DNA of 64,000 nt from an uncultured Terracidiphilus sp. (GCA_964533905.1 CAZHOO010000012.1:1983-65982); one strand, 5' to 3'; positions 18,056 to 28,683 are shown, counted from the first letter of the stretch. Program-made: numbers and translations. The notes: generated by a model not told the origin, from the letters alone.

Positions 18056-19672
18056 TTACTGCTGCGGCGTTGCTGCCCCGCCGGTGTAGCCTCCGCCCGA
18101 GCCGCCAGAGTTAATCGTCCCTCCCGCCGCGCCGAATCCGCCCGTCGCACCCTCGATCACCAGCGGCTTCTCCGGCTTCATGCTTTGGATCAGCGTCTCC
18201 ACCGGCATCGATGCTGGAGCAGGCGGCATCGTGTTCGCCGGCGTCTTTGCGTCCGGCTGGTGCATCGGGATATTCGAGTTCGCAGGTATGAACGGCTCCG
18301 GATAATGCAGCGACGGCACAGGATCGCCAGCCGCTATTGGCGACACGATCTCCGGCGTCACAATCACAATCAGCTCGGTGTCGTTCTTGGTCTTCTGCTC
18401 CGACTGGAACAGCTTCCCGATGATTGGAATGTCCCCTATGAAAGGAATCTTCTCGAAGGTATCGTTCGTGCTCTTATCCAGCAGGCCGCCAATCATAAAG
18501 CTTTCGCCGTCGGCCAGCTCCACTTCCGTATTCACTTTGCGCGAAGTGATTCCCGGCACTTCGAATCCCGAGATGTTCACTTCATTCGTGTAGTCCAGCG
18601 CGCTCACTTCCGGCGCCACTTGCAGCCGGATCGTTCCCCGCGGCGTAATCGTGGGAATGAAGTTCAATCGGATGCCATACTCTTTGAACTCGATGGTCAC
18701 CGTCGTTAATCCGCCGGACGAGCCCTGAGCCACCGGATACGGATACTCTCCGCCTGCCAGAAAGCTTGCTTCCTTGCCATCGGTCGCCATCAGGTTCGGC
18801 TCCGCCAGCACCTGGACAATGCCTTTGCTCTCGAGCGCTGAGATGTCGGCGCCCACGCCCAGGCCGGGGAAATACGCCAGCAGGTTGAACTCGTTCGAGA
18901 AAAGCGCGCCTCCGTCAACACCCCCCACTGCCGTGCTTCCCGATGCGTTGCCCGAAATCGCCGGCGGCGTAAACTGCGTTGTTGTCACTCCACCGATCGC
19001 GTTGCCCAGTCCCAGGTTGAAGAGGTTGATGCCCAGCTGCCGCGCCCGATTCCGATCTACGCTGGCAAAACGAACCTTGAGCAGAATCTGCGGATCGGAC
19101 TTCGGTGTATTGACATCCAGCAGGTTCACCACTTTCCCCGCCGCCGATGCAATCTGCACTGCGCGCGTCGAACTCGTCAAGTCGTTCACCGTGCCGCGCA
19201 GGAAAATGGCGTTGTTGCTGTAGCTCACTCGGACCGACTGGCCCGGCAGCTCCGTCCTCAGCTCGCGCCGGATCGCATCCAGACTGTCGCCCGTGATGCT
19301 TGCCTGCTGCCTCACCGTCACGTTGAAGAACTGCCGCCCGCCATGAATGTCCCAGATAATCAAGCTGGTTTCGCCGGGCGCTTTCCCGTCCACCATGATC
19401 TCCGTCGGGCTGATCGCGCTCGCTTCCGCAATATCTCCCAGCCCGATGGCAACCCGTTGGATGGGCTGTGCGCAATCGACGAGCACGGATTTTCCCACCG
19501 TCACCGAGAGCTCGTTCGTCGAGTCTTCATAAGTGGATTCCGCTGCTGCCGGCGGCTGGGCAGCCGGCGCCGCCTGGGCCGGGGCGCTATGTGCCCGCTC
19601 GGCTTGTCCGGCGAACAATGCCAAGGCCAGCGCGCTCCAGGATACGATGGTGAACCCTGCCTTCGCTCTCAA
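18056..19672 (-). CDS. cpaC: Tad pilus secretin CpaC/RcpA
   Basis: signal peptide, N-domain GKAPGETSLIIW, secretin motifs LAEPNL, ASFLAGGEYP, IPFIGDIPIIGKLF, ELIVIVTP. Confidence 0.93.
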   Translation of the reverse strand: MRAKAGFTIVSWSALALALFAGQAERAHSAPAQAAPAAQPPAAAESTYEDSTNELSVTVGKSVLVDCAQPIQRVAIGLGDIAEASAISPTEIMVDGKAPGETSLIIWDIHGGRQFFNVTVRQQASITGDSLDAIRRELRTELPGQSVRVSYSNNAIFLRGTVNDLTSSTRAVQIASAAGKVVNLLDVNTPKSDPQILLKVRFASVDRNRARQLGINLFNLGLGNAIGGVTTTQFTPPAISGNASGSTAVGGVDGGALFSNEFNLLAYFPGLGVGADISALESKGIVQVLAEPNLMATDGKEASFLAGGEYPYPVAQGSSGGLTTVTIEFKEYGIRLNFIPTITPRGTIRLQVAPEVSALDYTNEVNISGFEVPGITSRKVNTEVELADGESFMIGGLLDKSTNDTFEKIPFIGDIPIIGKLFQSEQKTKNDTELIVIVTPEIVSPIAAGDPVPSLHYPEPFIPANSNIPMHQPDAKTPANTMPPAPASMPVETLIQSMKPEKPLVIEGATGGFGAAGGTINSGGSGGGYTGGAATPQQ

Positions 19673-20508
19673 TGCTGTCCCTCAGGTGAACCAAACTTTT
19701 CGTCTGTGGTGTGGTTGCCGTTGATGATGGTCATCGAATACGGTTTCGCCTCGGGCTTGTGAGGAGCTCTTGCTGCCTTCTCGTGCGACGGCGGCGGAGT
19801 CTGGGTGCCAAAAAGATTGCTCATGGCCGTCTCCGGAACCTTCGTCGTCTGCGTATCCAGAGGATTGCGCAGCACAAGTTGAATCTTCAGCGAATTCGCC
19901 GCCAAACTCAGCAGCTGGGCCTGCTCCGGCGTCACCAGCAGATTCACCACCTGCACTTGTTCAGGCTTGCCTTCGGCGTTCCTTTGAATATCCGTGCCCG
20001 CTGAGAGAACCTGAATGTCCTGCAGAATCGTCTCAGTTACGACGCCCTCGTTCCCACCGCCCGGCGGATTACCTGAAACCAGTACGTCGACGCGCATACC
20101 CGGAATCACGAATCCCGCAACGCCCACCACTTCATCCACTCGCACTGCGCATGCCCGCATGCCCTTTGGAATCGTTGGAGCCAATCCACCACCTGAACCT
20201 ATGCCGGCCAACTGGCTGTCTAGAATCGGCTCTCCCTGCGAGATCTGCGTAATCACGCCCCGGCCAATCGCATCTTCCTGCTTCAGAATCGCGCCCTTCG
20301 GTGGCGCGCCACCCAGCGTCATGGTCGTCAGGTCGGCCGTCGTCAAAACTGCGCCCAGCGGAATATCTTTTGCCGCTGCAACGACCCGCGTCGTAGCCAC
20401 AGGCTTCGTCGCATTCATCCTGCCGCTCACAAGGCGATAGACCCCCCAGCAGCAAACGCCTGCAATCACCGCTGCGACTAGGAAAATCGTCATGAGTCTT
20501 CGATTCAT
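19669..20508 (-). CDS. cpaB: Flp pilus assembly protein CpaB/RcpC
   Basis: N-terminal TM, SAF domain (VVAAAKDIPLG), GMRA..GVAGFVIPGMRVDVL, VTPEQA. Confidence 0.93.
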   Translation of the reverse strand: MNRRLMTIFLVAAVIAGVCCWGVYRLVSGRMNATKPVATTRVVAAAKDIPLGAVLTTADLTTMTLGGAPPKGAILKQEDAIGRGVITQISQGEPILDSQLAGIGSGGGLAPTIPKGMRACAVRVDEVVGVAGFVIPGMRVDVLVSGNPPGGGNEGVVTETILQDIQVLSAGTDIQRNAEGKPEQVQVVNLLVTPEQAQLLSLAANSLKIQLVLRNPLDTQTTKVPETAMSNLFGTQTPPPSHEKAARAPHKPEAKPYSMTIINGNHTTDEKFGSPEGQH

Positions 20509-21009
20509 TGCTGCTCCGATGGAGCCGGCCCTCGCCAACTCCGGCCTTCATTCCCCGCTACTGCCTCTGCCAAGTCCGCCCTTGACTCTTCTTCAATACC
20601 GCCGCGTCCGGAATTCAACAGCCCTTGGTCTTTCATCCTCGTGCTGTCACCGGGCCGCTCAGAACGGTGTTCAGATTCGATTCACCATTCCGGAAATGCA
20701 GCGCACCGCGCGCCCACCACGCTCATACTGATCGAGTTCGGCTCGAAGTGCGGTTTCAGTGTATTCCCTGAAAGCCTTACAAATCGCATCAGAATCTCTC
20801 AGTTCTTTCGATGAGGTACCAAAAGTGCTATGGGGGAAAACGCCTCAATGAGCGATTCTGAAATGGACAATCATGTACTCCCGGAACGGATCCATCCGGC
20901 TTGCGCCGCACTTGTTTTTAGGGGCCGTTCGTCGATAAGTTTACCGTGATTCTACTCGGCAATTTGAGGTCGCGTTTGCATCTTCCGTGTTATATCCGCG
21001 CCAGATTTC

Positions 21010-22569
21010 ATGTGCCAAAGTGGGAGGGTCCCCAGAACAATCTTCCCTGCGCGCGGTTTGAAAGTCATCACTCGTCCAGAGAATTACAAGGGGGGATTTA
21101 AACCTCTGATGGCGCCTGCGTATTCGATCTCACTCTTCAACGAGCGCGCCGACCCCGGCCCGCGGCCCACCACCATTGCGGCCTCCGCCATTCTTCATGT
21201 CCTGGCATTAGCAGTGCTCCTTTTCGGAATCGCTTACAAGCCGCCCTATGCGCGAATTTCCACGGATCACTATCGCGTGCGAGAGCTTGATCTGGACATG
21301 CCCGACGAACAGGCGCGTTTTTATCCGCCGAAGCTGCCGAAACCTGCTGCGGCTCCGGGCGCACACGCTCCTGCTTCCGAGGGCAAGCCGTCGCTCAGCG
21401 TCCCCGCTTTGCGTGACGTTGCGCAAGCACCTGCCGGGCCGCAGACGATTCTCCAGCCCGACGTCCCTAAGCCCATCACGCTCCCGATGCCGATTCCCTT
21501 GCCCCAGGTTGCCATCTGGGCGCCCAGCAAAGTGGTCGTCAAGAAAGTTACTCCGCCGCAGCCGCAGAAACCCCCTTCATCGGATGTGCAGCCTTCGGTC
21601 GAACGGCCCAACGAGGAACTCACTCTGGCCGAAGTCAACGTCGCCTCCACGCTTCACCCCACGTCCCATCCGATCGTGAATGCGAGTACGACTTCGCCGA
21701 TCAGGGTGCAGACGCAGCAGCCTGTGCAAGCGCCGCCGACCATGTCCACGAAATCTCTCACGCGGTCCACGCCGGCTTCGATTCTCTCTTTGTCCAACTT
21801 GCGCATGAAGGAAGGAATTGCCACTCTGCCGCCGGTGAATGAGGCTGTGGTGGTGCGTGGCCCCGGAGTTCTTGCGGCGCAGGGCAAGGATGCGTCGCCC
21901 GGCAATCCCAACTCATCCGCCAAACCCGGTCAAGGAGGATCGAGCCCGGGTCCGGGCGGCAATCCCAGCAATCAAGGTTCCGGCCCCGGTCAAAGCCTGG
22001 CGTTCAAGATCTCCGGCCCCGGCGTAGCTCCCAACGGCAATCAGCAGACACCGCAACCTGAAGCAGGAGACGGGCCAGACAGCCTTGAAAGCGTTCAACC
22101 TTCGACGACGGCTCTATCCGTGCCGAAGGATGGTCATTTCGGCGCCACGATTGTGGGAAACACCATCCAGGACCAGTATCCCGAAATTTCCGGCGTATGG
22201 AATGGCAGAATGGCGTACACCGTTTACCTGCACGTTGGGCTGTCGCATAGTTGGGTGTTGCAATATTCGCTTCCGCGGCCTGACGCTTCCCAGGGTGGTC
22301 CGGCAACGACTCTCGAGGCTCCCTGGCCTTACAACATCGTGCGCCCCAATCTCGATCCCGGCTCAATCGATGCCGACGCGCTCATGATCCATGGATATGT
22401 GAATCAATCGGGACGCTTCGAAACCCTCTCCATCGTCTTCCCGCAGGCGTTTCCTCAAGCTCAGTTTGTCCTCGCTGCGCTTGAGAAATGGCAATTCCGC
22501 CCTGCCACGCAGCAAGGCCAGAACGCCAAGGTCGAAGTGCTTTTGATTATTCCCGAGCAGGTTGAGTAA
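21010..22569 (+). CDS. TonB/TolA-like energy transducer (start uncertain)
   Basis: single TM with SAILH (SxxxH), long Pro-rich linker, C-terminal KWQFRPA..G..VEV TonB_C-like motif. Confidence 0.62.
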   Translation: MCQSGRVPRTIFPARGLKVITRPENYKGGFKPLMAPAYSISLFNERADPGPRPTTIAASAILHVLALAVLLFGIAYKPPYARISTDHYRVRELDLDMPDEQARFYPPKLPKPAAAPGAHAPASEGKPSLSVPALRDVAQAPAGPQTILQPDVPKPITLPMPIPLPQVAIWAPSKVVVKKVTPPQPQKPPSSDVQPSVERPNEELTLAEVNVASTLHPTSHPIVNASTTSPIRVQTQQPVQAPPTMSTKSLTRSTPASILSLSNLRMKEGIATLPPVNEAVVVRGPGVLAAQGKDASPGNPNSSAKPGQGGSSPGPGGNPSNQGSGPGQSLAFKISGPGVAPNGNQQTPQPEAGDGPDSLESVQPSTTALSVPKDGHFGATIVGNTIQDQYPEISGVWNGRMAYTVYLHVGLSHSWVLQYSLPRPDASQGGPATTLEAPWPYNIVRPNLDPGSIDADALMIHGYVNQSGRFETLSIVFPQAFPQAQFVLAALEKWQFRPATQQGQNAKVEVLLIIPEQVE

Positions 22570-22618
22570 TCATTGATCGAACCCGCGGCCGGATTGCGCA
22601 GCCGATTCGGCGCCTGAT

Positions 22619-24553
22619 TTAAGGTCGCGTTCCCAGTTCCTGGAACAGTTCCCCATCCGCCAATGGCGTCACAACCGGCGTCGCTACACCCACAAACTCT
22701 GTAAGCGGGGCTACGTTATCGTCGCTCGCCACCCAGACATTGCCCGATCCGTCGACTGCAATGCCGTACGGCGAGAACATCAACACGTTCACGTATCCAT
22801 TCGCGCCTGAAATTGCTGCTCCGGCTGAACTGATTTCACTAATGCTGTCGCTATCGCCGCCATTGTTCGCGGCCCACACGTTACCCGCGCCGTCGATGGC
22901 GATTCCGTACGGATTGTCCAGCCCGCCGCCGCTAAAGGCGCTTTTGCCACTGATGGCAGTCCCAGTTGAACTGAACTCACTCACGCTGCCAGCCCCGCCT
23001 CGATTCGTCGCCCACACGTTGCCCGAACCATCGATAGCGACGCCGTACGGGGACTTCAGCCCCCCGCCCGTGTAGAGCGTTACTGTGGGCGGCTGGCCCG
23101 GTAAAGTGCTTGGTACAGCTTCGGCAAGGCTTCCTGTTGCGGCAAGATAGTCCGTCGTCCACACGTTGCCATTCACGTCAGCGGCGATGCCTGCGGGGCC
23201 GGCCAGAACCTGGTTGCCATATCCGCTGCTGCCCGACAGCGCCAATCCACCTGATGCGTTCGATTCAAATTCGCTCAGGCTGTTGCCGCCATTGTTTGCC
23301 ACCCACGCATTGCCCACGCTGTCGATGGCGATGCCGTAAGGCTCGTTCAGGCCGCCGCCGGTGTACCCCGGAGGGCCGGAGATTCTCTGCCCCTGGGCGT
23401 TGAATTCGCTGATGTCAGCTCCGTTGAAGTTCGCGATCCACGCATTCGCATAGTGGTCAATGGCCACGCTTGTCGGATTGTCCAGCCCGGCCGCACTGAA
23501 GGGCGAACCGGACTTCGGCACGCCGTTGGGAGTGAATTCGCTGACGCTGCTGGAACCGTAATTTGGCACCCACACATTGCCCGATGCATCAATCGCCACG
23601 CCTGAGGGGGATAGTCCGGTTCCGTCCAGCCCGCCTCCGGTGTACGTGATCGCGATGGTAAAGTCATTCGGTTGGAAGAGCAGCGTCGGTTGAAACGGCA
23701 GATCAGTCGGCAGAAGCCCGTAAAGAGTCGCCGTATTCGCACCCGGATTGTGCGCAATGTTGATCGCCGCCGTGGCTGTCTCCGTGGGCTGCGAATTCCC
23801 GTTCATCGCGTTGGCGAATAATGTGGTGCATGGCGTTGACGTCGGACCGGCTGAGTTTACGCATGCACCTAGAATGTCGGCCAGCGTGTCAATGGTGGCT
23901 TGCGGCACAACTCCATTTCCATTCGGCGTTGTGGGCAGTGCCACGCCCCTGCCCAGCGATTCCAGGTTCGTCACCGTTGCGAAAGCGTTGGGTACATCCG
24001 TTTCCGTGGCCAGCGGAGAGCTCGAACTCGACACGTCCGTCGCGTCCTTGGCAAATCCGGCAATGGAGAATGCCGTTGCCACCGTTGAGATCTCGTTGAC
24101 TACGACATAAGGCGCGGAAGAAAGCGATCCGCAGGTACCCAGACCCGCTATTAAGCCGATGGCCGAATTCGCTCCATCTCCCAACCCCGGATCGCCGCCC
24201 ACCGCATACAAATACACCTGCGAGCCCGCGCTGGGGCATGTGAAATCGCCAGTGATGCTGAACGTGCCGTTGGGTCCCGTGGGGTAATAGTATTTGCCGT
24301 GGCCATCTGAGACAGTGCCACCGCTATTAGCCAGGAGCGACACCGACGCGTTGCCGTATCCGGTCGTGTTCGCCGCGTAGAGGTAGACGTGCGACCCCAC
24401 AATCGGCTGCTGACCGCCATGCACCATGCCCTGTAGTGGAGCTCCCGGGACAGCGCTGCCCGCGGTCTGCGTGGGCGACGTTCCCGGCACACCAGAGCAG
24501 CCGGAAATCATGAGAACACACGTTGCCAGTACAATCGTCCAGGAAATACGCAC
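22619..24553 (-). CDS. NHL-repeat (beta-propeller) lipoprotein
   Basis: lipobox ISG|C; ~7 repeats of GGL..P.G.AID..GNVW..N....SEF. Confidence 0.85.
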   Translation of the reverse strand: MRISWTIVLATCVLMISGCSGVPGTSPTQTAGSAVPGAPLQGMVHGGQQPIVGSHVYLYAANTTGYGNASVSLLANSGGTVSDGHGKYYYPTGPNGTFSITGDFTCPSAGSQVYLYAVGGDPGLGDGANSAIGLIAGLGTCGSLSSAPYVVVNEISTVATAFSIAGFAKDATDVSSSSSPLATETDVPNAFATVTNLESLGRGVALPTTPNGNGVVPQATIDTLADILGACVNSAGPTSTPCTTLFANAMNGNSQPTETATAAINIAHNPGANTATLYGLLPTDLPFQPTLLFQPNDFTIAITYTGGGLDGTGLSPSGVAIDASGNVWVPNYGSSSVSEFTPNGVPKSGSPFSAAGLDNPTSVAIDHYANAWIANFNGADISEFNAQGQRISGPPGYTGGGLNEPYGIAIDSVGNAWVANNGGNSLSEFESNASGGLALSGSSGYGNQVLAGPAGIAADVNGNVWTTDYLAATGSLAEAVPSTLPGQPPTVTLYTGGGLKSPYGVAIDGSGNVWATNRGGAGSVSEFSSTGTAISGKSAFSGGGLDNPYGIAIDGAGNVWAANNGGDSDSISEISSAGAAISGANGYVNVLMFSPYGIAVDGSGNVWVASDDNVAPLTEFVGVATPVVTPLADGELFQELGTRP

Positions 24554-24646
24554 GGGGGGAACTCCCTTCGTTCGATCGAGTCGCGTCGTTACCCGGTTTT
24601 CTCAGACGTTGTTACCGGATTCTCTGCAAGAAGTCAAGCCCACATT

Positions 24647-26197
24647 CTATGTAGTGCCGGTGGGAATCAGGCGGGGCGAACTCATATTATCCACGATAGC
24701 CCGGAAGATCGCCGTCAGCTTGGTCAGGTTTTGGTTTGTCGGAGCCGTCGCCTCGCAGCCTTGGCCGTCGTCGGAATAGAAATTCACCGCCGAAGAAGCC
24801 ATCGCCGCTAATGCCTGGCACGGTTGATCCCCCGGACTCCAGCTTCCTCCATTCGTTCCAACGGTGGCGCTATAGGTCTTATCGGAAAGGCAGCCTCCCG
24901 AAGTCTCGGCGCCGTAACCGATCGTGTACACCGTCGTCCCGGCATTCGCGGCAGACTGTGCCGCCAGCACCGCCTGGCCACACTCTCCAAGCGCCGATGG
25001 ATACGTGTACGACTCATAGCCCGTCGGGTTGCTGGTGTGGGTTCCCGTTCCGTTCAGCGTGCCTTCCGATGCTACAAGCTCACTTTTGGTATCGCATGCA
25101 CCGGCCGTTGTATTCGCATTCGAGGCGCACGCCGTCGCGTCGCCGTCGGTCAACAGAATGATGGCATTCTGCGAACCCGGGTTTGCCGCCTGCTGCGTCA
25201 CCAACGCCGCTTGCGCTGCGTAAATCACCTGCGCGTAGTAGGTCGCCTCGCCGCCCGGAGCCTGGATTCCGGCGCAATTGCTTTGACCTGAATCTCCTGC
25301 CGCGATCACGATCGGCGCGGCCTGGTTCAGGCTCGTTGCTGAATCGCTTGTCTTGTAATTGTTCGCAAAACTGGTCACCTCGTAGGTGTCTGCCGTGGGC
25401 AGCGTCGTATTCGACGGTGGGTCCGGGAAGGTATACGCCACGATTGTCGGATCGCTGGTCGGGCAACTGGTGTCCTTCGACGCTGTCGTGCCCGTCACGG
25501 CCGGAAACACAAACAGGCTCACGCTATCCACGTAATTCGTGCTGGTCGTGCAGTTCTGGCCCAACCCGCAGGGATAAAGATCGTTTAGCAGTGCCTGCAC
25601 GCCAAGGAGCGCGCAGGTGATTTGCGTCCCGTTGCACTGGTCGCCGCCATCCGCGTCGTTCATTGAGGCGGTCGTATCCACAATTACAGCAATGTTCCAC
25701 GGCTCATTCTGCCCGCCCGCCATGGCCGCCTTCGCCGTGTACGAGACGTTCATCTGCTTCATGCCGATTAACCCGCCAAACCACAATGGAATCGTCGCGC
25801 TCTGCGTCACTGACATTGCGTTGTAGCCCCCAGTGCCGCCCGTGGAAGTCTGACACGGTACGTTCAGCGAGTTAGATACGGTGCTCAGGCACAGAAAGGA
25901 AGGCGTCGCGGTCACGTTCGTCAGCATTGGCGTCGCATTCATCCCGTTCGTCTGCGCGCTGTACGTGGTCACATTGGTTTTCGCCAGGGTCGTGTTGGGC
26001 ATCGCCGCCGCGCCTGCCAGGACAGCCGAATTCGTCGACGCCACAAGTTCCTGGTATGCGTAATACACATGCCCTGTATCAACTGAAGCTGCGGCAAGGG
26101 CCATCATTGTTGTTGCTGTGATCATCACGGCAACCGCCGCCTGACCCTTCTGATTCTTAAGGAACCTGCGTAGGAACGGAACTCTAAACCGTTTCAT
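24647..26197 (-). CDS. tadG: TadG/CpaL-like pilin-vWA protein (paralog A)
   Basis: KG|QAAV pilin-like N-terminus, MIDAS DTTAS, LLTDG, VYTIGYG; Cys/Thr-rich; GAGGA RBS. Confidence 0.85.
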   Translation of the reverse strand: MKRFRVPFLRRFLKNQKGQAAVAVMITATTMMALAAASVDTGHVYYAYQELVASTNSAVLAGAAAMPNTTLAKTNVTTYSAQTNGMNATPMLTNVTATPSFLCLSTVSNSLNVPCQTSTGGTGGYNAMSVTQSATIPLWFGGLIGMKQMNVSYTAKAAMAGGQNEPWNIAVIVDTTASMNDADGGDQCNGTQITCALLGVQALLNDLYPCGLGQNCTTSTNYVDSVSLFVFPAVTGTTASKDTSCPTSDPTIVAYTFPDPPSNTTLPTADTYEVTSFANNYKTSDSATSLNQAAPIVIAAGDSGQSNCAGIQAPGGEATYYAQVIYAAQAALVTQQAANPGSQNAIILLTDGDATACASNANTTAGACDTKSELVASEGTLNGTGTHTSNPTGYESYTYPSALGECGQAVLAAQSAANAGTTVYTIGYGAETSGGCLSDKTYSATVGTNGGSWSPGDQPCQALAAMASSAVNFYSDDGQGCEATAPTNQNLTKLTAIFRAIVDNMSSPRLIPTGTT

Positions 26198-26608
26198 TTG
26201 CAAATTCCTCCTTTCATGCAGCCTCGTCGCCGACGTATTCGGCGCTCGGTTGCTCGATGGGTTGAAATTGGAAGTTGTGGAACGTGAATTCGCGCCGCTC
26301 ACTTGCGGCGTCATCGGCAGTGCAACGGCAAATTTGAACGCTCTCAAATCTCCGCTGGCATTGAACGACAAACTGCGTCGTGGCTTTGAGCCGGCGCAAA
26401 ACTCCGTCTGCTCTGCCAGTCGTTCCTTCGGTTGTCTCTTGCTTTTGAAGTTGGGGGATTCTCGCCCGGTTCGCAGGTGCCCAACGATGCGAGAAACAGT
26501 TCTTTGATCGCGCCGTCAGCGCGAAGAGGTCAGCGGATTTGTCCTTCTGCGATGCCATCGTGCGCACGCGCGGACACTCCTGCGACCTCTTGGGGAAGGG
26601 GTTACTGC

Positions 26609-26624
26609 AGCCATGATCGTGCCT
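26609..26624 (-). promoter_or_regulatory. Possible sigma54 promoter upstream of tadG paralog A
   Basis: minus strand AGGCACGATCATGGCT, GG-N10-GC spacing, two mismatches to consensus. Confidence 0.4.
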
Positions 26625-26640
26625 GCGATGGTTACCTGCT

Positions 26641-26658
26641 ATTGCACTTTCGTGCTAT
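26641..26658. promoter_or_regulatory. Palindromic operator-like motif, copy 1
   Basis: ATTGCACTTTCGTGCTAT (GCAC-N4-GTGC), identical copy at 28684-28701. Confidence 0.55.
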
Positions 26659-26715
26659 CGAACTGTTACGTTGGTCACGATTTACCTGCTCGGAGCGGCA
26701 TTTGGCGCCCTGCAG

Positions 26716-26748
26716 AAAAAAGGGGCACGGGAGCTTGCCCGTACCCCT
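26716..26748 (-). terminator. Intrinsic terminator after tadG paralog B
   Basis: GGGGTACGGG..CCCGTGCCCC stem followed by T6 on the minus strand. Confidence 0.8.
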
Positions 26749-26781
26749 CGATCCTTCCATTTCCTTGTGACTCAGCTTGTC

Positions 26782-28338
26782 TTATGTTGTGCCCGCTGGG
26801 ATCAATCGTGGCGAGCTCATATTGTCCACAATCGCGCGGAAGATTGCTGTCAGCTTCGTCAGGTTTTGGTTCGTCGGAGCCGTCGCCTCGCAGCCTTGAC
26901 CATCGTCGGAGTAGAAGTTGGTTTCCGACGACGCCATTGCCGCGATTGCCTGGCAGGGCTGTTTGCCCGGGCCCCACGGTCCGCCCTCTGTGGTAACGGT
27001 TGTGCTATAGGTTTTGTCGGACAAGCATCCTCCCGACGTCTCTGCGCCGTACCCAATCGTATATACGGTGGTCCCTGCATTTGCCGCGGCCTGTGCCGCC
27101 AGCACTGCCTGGCCGCACATCCCCAGCGCCGACGGATAAGTGTAAGACTCATACCCGGTTGGGTTGCTGGTGTGTGTTCCCGTTCCGTTCAGAGTGCCTT
27201 CCGACGCCACTAGGTTGCTCGCGGTGTTGCACGCGCCCGCCGATGTGTTGGCATTCGAAGCGCACGCAGTCGCGTCACCGTCGGTCAACAGAATAATGGC
27301 GTTCTGCGAACCGGGGTTAGCCGCCTGCTGGGTCAGCAGCGCCGACTGTGCTGCGTAAATCACCTGCGCGTAATACGTGCCCTCACCGCCTGGCGCCTTG
27401 ATCCCGGTGCAGTTTGTTACCCCTGAGTCTCCTGCCGCGATCACGATGGGCGCAGCTTGATTCAGGGTCGTCGCAGCGTCGGTCGTCTTGTAATTGTTTG
27501 CGAAGCCAACCACTTGGTATGTATCAGCCGTTGGCAGTGTCGTGTTCGAGGGCGGATTGGGAAACGTGTATGCCACGATCGTCGGATTGGCGGTCGGGCA
27601 AGTGGAATCCTTCGACGCTGTTGTGCCCGTCACTGCCGGAAAAACGAACAGGCTCACGCTATCCACGTACGTCGTGCTGGTCGTGCAGGTTTGACCCAGC
27701 CCGCAGGGATACAGATCGTTCAGCAGCGCTTGAATTCCCAACAGCGAGCAGGTGATTTGCGTTCCGTTACATTGGTCGCCGCTATCTGCGTCGTTCATCG
27801 AAGCGGTGGTGTCCTGGATGATGGCAATGTTCCAAGGCGTGTTTTGACCGCCTGCCATCGCCGCTTCCGCCGTATACGAAACGTTCATCTTACTCATGCC
27901 GACCAATCCGCCAAACCAGAGAGGAATCGTCGCGTTCTGCGTCACCGCCAGGCCGTTGTATCCCCCACTGGCGCCCGAGGAGGTCACGCACGGCACGTTC
28001 AGCGTGCTCGACACGGCACTGAAGCACTTGAAAGTTGGCGTCGCGGTCACGTTCGTCAGCATCGGAGTTTCGTTCATCCCGTTCGACTGCGCGCTGTACG
28101 TGGTCACATTAGTTTGCGCGCTAGTGGTGTCTGGCATGGCTTCCGCGCCGGCCAGGACCGCCGAATTCGTCGACGCCACAAGCTTCTCGTACGCGTAATA
28201 CACGTGCCCCGTCTCAATCGACGCTGCGGCGAGCGCCAGCATTGTGGATGCAGTGATCACTACGGCAACCAACGCCTGGCCCCGTTCATTCTTCAGGAAC
28301 CGGCGATTAAATAAACTGCAGAACCGTCTCATGCTCAT
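26782..28338 (-). CDS. tadG: TadG/CpaL-like pilin-vWA protein (paralog B)
   Basis: RG|QALV, DTTAS MIDAS, LLTDG, VYTIGYG; highly similar to paralog A. Confidence 0.85.
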   Translation of the reverse strand: MSMRRFCSLFNRRFLKNERGQALVAVVITASTMLALAAASIETGHVYYAYEKLVASTNSAVLAGAEAMPDTTSAQTNVTTYSAQSNGMNETPMLTNVTATPTFKCFSAVSSTLNVPCVTSSGASGGYNGLAVTQNATIPLWFGGLVGMSKMNVSYTAEAAMAGGQNTPWNIAIIQDTTASMNDADSGDQCNGTQITCSLLGIQALLNDLYPCGLGQTCTTSTTYVDSVSLFVFPAVTGTTASKDSTCPTANPTIVAYTFPNPPSNTTLPTADTYQVVGFANNYKTTDAATTLNQAAPIVIAAGDSGVTNCTGIKAPGGEGTYYAQVIYAAQSALLTQQAANPGSQNAIILLTDGDATACASNANTSAGACNTASNLVASEGTLNGTGTHTSNPTGYESYTYPSALGMCGQAVLAAQAAANAGTTVYTIGYGAETSGGCLSDKTYSTTVTTEGGPWGPGKQPCQAIAAMASSETNFYSDDGQGCEATAPTNQNLTKLTAIFRAIVDNMSSPRLIPAGTT

Positions 28339-28683
28339 GGTTCAATTCCCTTCTCTCGCACAGTTACCGCTTTGAGTGTCAGCGCTACCCCGTCCAACGC
28401 GCTGGCTTGCGGCACTGGGAGCCAACCCTTCGCAGCCCAACCCCATACACCGCGGATGTGTTCGTCTCCCGTCCCCAATCTCTTCGTGCGGGGGATCGAA
28501 ACTTCCGCTGGTTAATATCTCAAGGACAAAGCCGCGGCGCTGGGGAAGTCGTGCACTTTGCTTACGAGTAAATTGCGCTTGTGCCCCGGGAATGTGTCAC
28601 CGTGCGATCTTGTCGACTCCACGGCGGCCTTCCCAGAAACTGGGGATCACATGTAATGATCTTGGTTCGGGGGTAATCAGAGA

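Noticed and set aside
17414-18709. 431-aa plus-strand ORF downstream of the sigma28-like promoter
   Set aside because: Arg-rich antisense shadow of DUF192/cpaC; no RBS or motifs
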